The notes under the pieces were generated by a model that had not been told where the DNA came from, ran no database searches, and saw nothing but the letters and a program-made list of their open reading frames with translations. Below are positions 55,872-64,000 of a DNA stretch of 64,000 nt, piece by piece (the stretch's first letter is position 1; each line of letters begins with the position of its first letter). The position numbers were made by a program, and so were the translations under genes. The stretch comes from Vicugna vicugna (taxonomy: Eukaryota): the NCBI GenBank assembly GCA_013265495.1, contig MU063211.1:62001-126000 (forward strand), given 5' to 3'.

Positions 55872-56149
55872 GGGGTGCTTTCCGACTCTTTCCTGCTGAG
55901 GCTGGGACCTGCCCCCCCCCCGCTGGCTCCCCCGAGATTCCGGTGTCCCTGGACCTCCTCCAGCAGAGCCCCGCACCGTCCCCGTGACACGCCCACTGCT
56001 GGGGCCTCATAGAAGAGGCCAGTCCCCTGGCTCTTGTGTCTGGGCTCTGCTTGGGGTAAAGAAGCCTAAATTCTGTAGGAATTGGGTCCAGCCTATGGGG
56101 GTTCGCCTCCGTGGCGGTTTGAGGCAACGTGGAACGAAGCTCAGGAGGT

Positions 56150-56710
56150 GGGATGTGAAACGGGGCAGCCGCTGGGGAACCTGCTCGTGGCTCCTGGAAC
56201 CCAGAGCAACCGCACCCCCGGCGAGCCCGCTCCCAGGGACATCCCCGGGCGGGTGTACCTGGATGTTCCTGAACGTACCTGAACAGCGGACGTGCCCCCG
56301 AAAGCCTGCACGCTCGTGTCCGGCATCGCGGCTCACGACAGCCGAGGTGGAGGCAGCCCAAACGTCCACGGGTTGATAAGTGAACAAACATTGTGCTCCA
56401 TCCACACGAGGGGTGTTACTCGAGCATCAAGGGGAACGAGGTTCTGACTCACGATACAACACGGACGAGCCTTCAGAACGTGCCGAGGGAAGGAGCCAGT
56501 CACGAGACCACGGCTGCCTGGCCCCACTGGTACCGAACGTCCGGAACAGGCGGCTCCCTGGAGTCGGAAAGTATGTCTGGCAGCTGGGGGAGGGGCCCGG
56601 GGGCGACCGCTGGGGTGGTGCAAAGCTCTAAACCGGGAATGTGCCCTGCTCGGCAGATACGCTAAGAGCGTCGAGCTGCGCGTGCTGCGTGAGTGACTGT
56701 TACAAGCTGT
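56150..56710 (+). mobile_element. L1MB-like 3' fragment, GC-shifted
   Basis: ggaggcagcccaaacgtccacgggttgataagtgaacaaacattgtgctccatccacacgagggg...gaacgaggttctgactcacgatacaacacggacgagcctt. Confidence 0.7.
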
Positions 56711-56719
56711 GGACCAGAG

Positions 56720-57080
56720 CGAGAGGGGATCGCCGTCCGAAGTGAAGCAAAACCGCGATGCTGCGTACACGTGGAATCTAAGAGGGAAAGACACGAATGA
56801 ACATATTCACAAAGCCGGCAGGCTCACAGGCACGGAGAGCAGCCCTGCAGTCGCCGGTGCGGGGGGGCGGGGAGGGGTAGGTCGGGGGTCCGGGGTTCGC
56901 AGGCAACACGTGTGAAAGAGATGAACAGCAAGGTCTCACTGCAGAGCGCGGGAACCATATTCAGTGCCTTATAACGGCCTGAAATGAAGGACGGTGTGGA
57001 GAGGAGCGCGTGCAGGCATGACTGAATCACCACGCTGGGCACCGGAAACTAACACAATGCTGCAAACAACCACACTTTGA
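56720..57080 (+). mobile_element. LINE-1 3'-end fragment (same type as 37631-38303), GC-shifted
   Basis: cacgtggaatcta...gatgaacagcaaggtctcactgcagagcgcgggaaccatattcagtgcc...gactgaatcac...ccggaaactaacacaatgctgcaaac. Confidence 0.8.
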
Positions 57081-60000
57081 CTAAGAGAAGGGTCAGCTCT
57101 GGGAGGACGGTGACGGTGGCCGGGAGTGCTGGCACACAGGCCCCAGAGCAGGGGGCGGCCCCAAGGCCCTAGACGGGAGGGACCCTCCCGCCCAGGGCTG
57201 CGGGCTGCGGGCTGCGGAGAGACCCTGGCCTGCTGGCCTCCGCTCCCCCTGCCTGTTGCTCCTGCCTTGTCTCCGGTCCAGCCCTGCCGGCCTCTTCCTA
57301 CCTCCCCCGAGGCTGGCAGCCACACCGGGCTTTCCACGGCTCCCCCTCCTGCGACCGAGGATCCCGAGGGGCTCAGCCACCTGCCCCCACCCGGCGCCTG
57401 GAGGTCAGGGCGGCGGGAGGCAGGGCGGCCGGGCTCCGGCAGGAAGCGGTCCTCACCCTCGGGCCAGCTTAATTTCCCAGAGATAATAACGCCAGCCTGA
57501 GCGTCTGCCGGGCACCTGAAGACAGACGACCCGTGTTTGCAGAGTAATAGCTTGTGTCAGAGCAAATTGGAATTTATATCTCAGGAGGCAGATAATCCTC
57601 TTCAGAGCCCTCAGCGTGCTCGGGACCGGAGACGTTTGCACCGCGACGCCGGCGGGGGACGCCGGGGGGCGGCTCCATGGGAGACCCTGCCCGCCCGGGG
57701 CCTGTGTTTCACATCCTAATTGAGCTACAAACCCGAGCACACCGCGGGGAAGACAGGTCTCGCTGTGTCCTCCTTGCGATTTGCTTGGGTGGAGGCCATT
57801 CTCACCCTCAGGAAACTCAGGGAAGACAAATCAGGAAGCAGGGATTTTGTGTGTGCGTGTTGTTTTGTTTTGTGTGGTGTGGTGGCTGGTCGTTTTTGAG
57901 GGCATTTGTAAAGCTTGTGGACAGACGAGAACACTCCAGGAGCGCATTCTCACCCCGTTAAATAGCTCCTGAACCCCACCCTCCCCTGCGCTGTGTTCGC
58001 AGGGACCAGAGCACAGGCCGCTTTGCTCTCTGCTTGAGCGGCGGCGAGCTGGCCGGGGACGGTCACATAAAACGCGTGGAGCGAACAGCAGAGGCCAAAG
58101 CCGCGGTGACCGCAGGCGCTGCCCGCTCCGAAGAGCTGCTCCCAGAGCCTTGTGCAAATACATTTACTCTGCGTAGACGAATGGGACGAGGCTGCCCGCA
58201 ACATTCGTTCATCACAGCGGATTTAATTTTTAGACTTTCATTAGGGCAGGATTAACCTTGCTGAAGGGTATTGAGATGTGGGTGGAATGAATAAAACTGA
58301 TTCCGGAGACACGCTGCCATGGGAGAAGCGCCGGATGGAATTAGGCATTTACCGCACGCAAGTACCTTCTGCTTGGCACCCACGTGGTCTCTTGCCTGGG
58401 CTCTTTCTCTCCTTCAACAGAGACGAGCTCTCTGGAAGGCAGAGAGAACGTGGCCACAGCCACAGATAAGTCACCGCCATCCTGCTCTGTGGCTGGGGAG
58501 GCGAGAACATGACCCGGCAACGCCAGGTGAAGAATTCCAGGGAAGCCTCTGATTGGCTGGCCGCCGGCCAATCACGACGGAGGGAAGTCGGGCGGAGGTG
58601 CCGTGTACAGACAACGTGGCCGCCTCTGGGGGCTCTTGACCAACTGGTCCCGTCTGCCGAAGGCTGTCCCAGTTTCAGCAGTGGCAGTCCGTGTCCCATC
58701 TGGCAATCAAGACGGCGGGTCTCTCTAAACTCAAGAATCCATCTAGAAATTTCCAAACTCATTTAGTGAGTTCTGTAGCACGTCATAACCTGTTTCACAA
58801 GCATTTCATGTGGGCAGCTTCTGCACAGACTGTGTCCAACGGGACAGCAAGCAAGAGCTGAAGCCAGGTCAGGTGTGTCTCGGGGGTCTCGCCCCTCGGC
58901 CGAAGGCAAACCCCAGCCGCCTCGGGTTAAACGGGACCCGCCATGGGGAGCTTCTGTGACCCCCAGCCTCTCGCGGGAGGCAGATTCCTCTTCCAAGCGT
59001 TGCCAGCCCGGAGCTGTGCAGCTGTGACTTGGGGTCAGTCAGGCGTGAGTATCAGACATAACTGGCTCCCTACCTGCAAGTCCTCCTGAGAGAGGCACCG
59101 ATCAAGCCGCCATGAGAGCTCCCGCTCCCGACAGAGGGGTCCTGGGCCACAACTGTTGGGCATCTAGGTGTTCCAGTTTCTCTTCAAGCAAGAGGATCAA
59201 GGCCCCTGGCCCCTCCATGACCTGCTCAGACGGCCAGGAGAGGGCATTTGGGCCGCCCTGGTCCCTGTGAGCTTGCTGGTGGCGGAGTGGCCCTGGGACC
59301 TCAGGTCACCTGGGCTCAACACAGTGGGGGAGATGCTGCAGAGGAGGGGGCACACAGCTTTTAGCACCATCCACGTGCAAGTTTCCACCATCTCTGTTGT
59401 CCAGAAAACCCAAGAGCATGTGACAACAGTAGGTGGCATTCGCTGTGTGCTGGCTGGGGTGGCACTGAGCTGCAGCTTTGCAAGGGGGAGAGTCTGGCCT
59501 TTTCCTGGACAGCCACTGTCCCCTGATGTCCCTCCCACCACTGGCATCCTTGAGGGGTCCTTCCTCCAACCTGCTTCCTCCAATCAAGTCTCTCTGGTTC
59601 CACTCACCTAAAAGGGTGCAAAAGGTCACCTAACCAAAATAGTTCACACCTCCTTGTAAAGACCACGGGGCTTAACCTTTCAGAGGGAGGCTTGCCCCTT
59701 CCGTCTGAGCATGCGTCACCTGGACCTGGACTGCTGAATCCGGGAGGTGACTCATCAGATCGGGGCATCTCCCTGACCCTAGGACAGTGCCCCCAGCCCC
59801 GCAGGCTGCAGGAGGGCCCACAAGGGGCTTCGGGCTTCTGGAATGCCGCCAGGCCCTCTCCTCCAGAGGGATCCGGTTTGGGGTGGGAGTGGTCCCTCGG
59901 TGCTCCGAGGGCAGGCTGCCGTCAGTGGGAGAGCAGGTGGCGCTGCGCCACCCTGGAGCTGACAGTGATGGACGTGGTTGGATCAGGGACCAGACAGCAA

Positions 60001-62799
60001 GGAGCTGAGGCCCCCACTGCTCAGTTCAGCCTCTCTGCCCTGCTCCACGGAGGCAGCTCCAGACCTCGGGCTTCTCCAGCTGCCGGACGTCTGCATGGGT
60101 CCAGGGAGGTCACATGGGCTTCGGCTTCGGCGGGCTTGGGGGTGGAAGGGGCGGGGCCTCGTCTGGCGCACAGAGGTGGGACTGGGCGCTGGGCTTTGTC
60201 ACCAGGCGAAGGGGGGGCACTCCCATGGGAGCTCGCTGTAGAGGGTGTCGCTCACCTTTCGGAGGACTGTATCACCACCCCCACTTTCCAGGTGAGAACA
60301 CTGAGGCTCTCTCCGGGGAGGCTGCGTGCCCATCACCGGAAGTGGAGTCTCCGTGGGGCTCCTGGAGCCCGAGCTGGACCCGGGTCATGCGACCTGCCCC
60401 TGTGGTGTCCACCTGCTTCCTGGGCGGCATCTTCTCAAGTCCCGTCTGATCTTAAGACGAGTTTAAATTCACCTTTTTAATAAACAGGAGGACGTGACAC
60501 CTTGGAGGGGAAAGGGGTCCCTGGAAGTGTTTGCTGGTGTTGAGGGCGTCCACTAAGGGTGGACTCGTCCTGTCTGCCGGTCACGGGGAGGCACCTGCTC
60601 TTTTGTGGGTGACCCTTCGATGAAGGACTTGGCCGGCGTCTGCCCACAGCCAGCCCCCAGCCAGGAGAGAGCAGGTGCTCGGCGGTTATGGCCTCAGGAA
60701 GGGGCAACGGGGCAAGTCCCCACCCCAAGCCTCTCCCGTGACCAGGGTCTTGCCCCCAAGGACTTGCTGGAGAGACTTAACTGGGACTCAGCGCAGGAAA
60801 CAGACCCGGAGGCGTCCATGCTGACACCCTCCGCGATTTGGGACAGGCTCTCTGAGGGCCAGGGACACTGTTCAGCCGGCTTCGGAGGGCACCGGACCGG
60901 TCGTCTTTGCATCACAAATGAAGAGCCGCTCCCGCCTTCGCGGGCCTGCGCTCCGGGAGCCTCCGCCGCCAGCCTCCGCCCGGGCTGCTCGCTGCCCGTC
61001 ATCGTACAAAACGCTGCGGGGGCCTTTCCGCGGCTGCAGGGACAGCTCTGATTCCCTGCCGAGGGCTTGCACCGCGGGGCCCTGACGGGAGCCGCGCCCC
61101 GGAGAGGAGCGCGGGCAACAGGCGGTCTGTTGACTGCAGGTAATTAAGTCGCCGCGTGGCTGTGGAGCACAAATTATATGATGATTAATCCCCAGCACAG
61201 CGAGGGCATTTTTCATCTTCAAAGCGCTCCTTTCTTGCTCATTATTCATCTCAGCTCCAGGGAGAGAAGTGCTGGTTCTCTTCTCAGCAGCAGGGAAGCC
61301 GAGTCAGCCGTGCCCACCCCGCCCGCCGCCTCGGCACCCAGGGCAGGCAGCCCCAACGGCCAGCTCGGGCGGCCACGGAGCTCCGCGTGCGTCTCCAGCC
61401 TCGCCAGGACACGGATGCCGGAGTCAGCACAGACGTGACTTTAAATAACAAGAAAGCCGCCCGGCCCCCGGCCCGCCCTGCCGTGACAGCCGGTGCCTTT
61501 GCGACGCCTTTGTTCTTATTTTCGTCTTGCACCTGCCTCTCCGGCGCGCAGCCTCCCCGGAAGGCCGCCGGCCTTGCCGTTCTCGGAGCGAGCAGTTTAA
61601 AGGGAGGTGCTGTTTCGCTCTCCAATGCCTTCCTTCCCACTTGGGACCAACTGCTCTAAGTACAGCCACGCCCTCTCTTGTATGCACATTGTTGTGAGTG
61701 TTTGAGGCTGTAAATAACGTTCCCTCGGTGCTCAGGACAGAATCATTATTTCCCCCCAGTTCCTGGGACGGGTGATAAATTAAACGTTTGTTCTGCTCCC
61801 CACCCCACTCACGGCTGGCAGGGAAGGCAGGCGACGCGCTGCACCTGTCAGGGAGGGTGAGGGGCTGCACCGAGGCCCGGAGAGGACCCAGGCCTGGCTG
61901 GGCTGGGCGCTGGGAGGCGCCCCCAGCGTGCGGTGGGGGGCGTCGTCCTGACTCAGGGCTCCTCCTGGCTTCTTCCTTCGCGCGATCTTCCAAGTGTAGG
62001 CGCTTATCCTGGGGGCTCAGAGGTCAGGATGCCCCCGCGCTGGTTCTTTTACACGGGGAGGGGCAGGAACCTGAGGCAGATGGCTGATTTCTGGAGCAAG
62101 CACTGCCTCTCCGTCTCTTCTCCACCTGCCAGCCTCCCACCCCGTCTGCGGGGGTCAGACCCGCACAGCCCTCAGGCGGCCTCGCCCAGAACCTGAGACT
62201 CGGTGTTTCTCCCGGGGTGCTGGCATGGCTCCGGCAGGCGGGAGCAGTCCTTCCTGGTGGAAGCGGAGGCCGTGGGCAGACAGGGCCCATGGAGGCTGCC
62301 TGACCATTTCCCGGGAACAGGAGCCGCGGTTCCGCGGCCACGACTGGGCCGGCAGGAGGGGCCCGTGGGGTCTGACCTCTGCGACAGCTGCAGCGCCAGT
62401 GATGGACGTGGCGGGCGCCGGCCCGTCGCGCCCTGGGCTCCCGTGGGGGCCCCTGTGTGGCAGCCGGTCCTCGGGCCCTTCTTGCCTCGATTTGAAGACA
62501 GCCCTCTGCTCTGAGACCCCCTGCCGCCTTTTTGACGTTAAGATGTCCTTGGTGAAGTAGAGGACAGTGTGGAGACACTGCCTTAGACTCTTCCTTGGGC
62601 TTTGGTCTGCGTCCGCTCAGCAGCAGTGGACGTGCTGGGTGCTGACGGGTCGGGACCGAAGCCGGCTTCCTCCCCGCCCTCACCTGCCCGTCGCTCCGGG
62701 TGCCACGGCTGGGGAGCTCGGCTCGGCGGCACCGGCCCCGCGCGCCCCGCCGTGCTTCTCTGCTGGCCCTGCACCCTCCTCCAAGGGATGTCAGGCGCC

Positions 62800-62985
62800 G
62801 CACACACAGGCACACACTTGCGGGAGCACACACGCATGCTCACCCCTCGCTCAGACACAGACACACGTGCTGACAGACTCGTTCCCGTGCACACCGTTCG
62901 CAGACACGCACGCACTCCTGCACATGTGTGTGCGCTCACACACGCTCACAGCCCTCTGACGCACACACAGGACACACACCCACAC
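62800..62985. repeat. Degenerate (CA)n tract
   Basis: cacacacaggcacacac...cacacaggacacacaccc. Confidence 0.7.
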
Positions 62986-64000
62986 GCCCCGCCCGCTGCC
63001 GGGGTCTCTCCCCTCCCGGACCCCCACACCAGCCGGACGTCTCCTTCAGGCAGGCGGCAGGCAGAGCCAGGGAGAACCCGGGGTTCCCTCCCGGGCGCAG
63101 CCTCATGCCCACGTGCCCGGGGCAGCTGAGAGGCCCGAGCCTGGTGGGGACACGGGCTCCGTGCTCCCTGGGGGGCGGGCGCCCTGGCGGGTCGGTGCAG
63201 AGCATCCGCCCACGCTCGGCACAGGCTTGGCTATCTGTCTCCCCGGGCACGGGGACGGGCAGGCTGTGTCCCCTGTGCTGATGACTGCCCACGCGCCTGC
63301 GGCCTTCAGAACGGCCCGCCCTGTCCGGCACCCGCCTCAGCAGCCCGGGAGGCAGGCCACGGGTCACAGGCTGACGGCTGAGCAGCGTGAGCTCTGGACC
63401 GGGGAAGAGCCAGCGCTCGCAGTACTGGGCAGCCGCCGGCCTGCACCAGAGTCCCTGCAGATTTCTTCCATTCAGACACCAGAGGCCCCCAGAAGGCCGG
63501 CGTCTCGGGGCAGGGGCTGCAGGGCAGAGGGCTTTGGCTCCCGTGGAACGTGCCAGAAGACTCTTCCTACTGCACCAGCACCTGCGGCTGACCGGCTTTC
63601 TCAGGCAGCTCCTGGAAAAACAGTGCGTCTGCCCAGCAGGGTGCGGCTCCGGACCCCCTAACCGGGACTCCGGCGCCAGACGAGCCACCCTGGCTGGCCT
63701 TCGTCCCCACGGCCAGGAGAGCTGCCCTGCTCTGTCACCCCTGGCTGGGTCTCTTGGTCAGCAGGGGGTACAGGTGACCAACGACTGCGTTTCACAGAGG
63801 AGGCTAAGGCATTCATTGGGCCAGGGACAGGGGCCACGGAGCCACCGTGTGGCCTCAGGTCAGTCCGCCACCCATCTGCTGCTGCTGGCCTGAGCCCTTC
63901 CCAGGAAGGCAGCCATGGGGGTCACATCCCAGCCCCACGGGCTCCCCTGGGAACTTCCTCACCTCTCCAGCCCAGGCCCTCGGCCTCGGGGAGCCCATCA

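Noticed and set aside
59000-59640. Possible ERVL/MaLR internal remnant
   Set aside because: I could not recover a convincing gag or pol motif by eye, so it is left uncalled pending RepeatMasker.

Overview
GC-rich mammalian genomic DNA, probably from a camelid: two tRNA-Ala-derived SINEs resemble camelid Vic-type SINEs as I recall them, and I saw no primate, ruminant, pig or whale SINEs. Bases 1015-23321 hold the intact 3' part of COL5A1 on the + strand: exons 49-66 (human numbering, counted back from the last exon), all with canonical GT-AG junctions and an unbroken frame. This includes the mutually exclusive exons 64A/64B (61-nt intron between them, adjacent RBFOX and QKI motifs after 64B) and a 3'UTR with three miR-29 seed sites. 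At 32714-34852, in the position and orientation of human FCN2, lies a ficolin (FCN1/FCN2-type) pseudogene. It has nonsense codons, frameshifts, a destroyed splice donor, an essentially missing exon and an intra-exonic 3x39-bp triplication. I found no intact ficolin in the window. The rest is intergenic: decayed L1, ERV LTR, MER20, MIR and L2 remnants (many shifted towards GC), several local tandem duplications, two pairs of diverged direct repeats, degenerate CA/TG tracts and AT-rich candidate enhancers. Nearly all entries in the ORF track are spurious. Repeat family names come from recalled consensus sequences, not from a database search.
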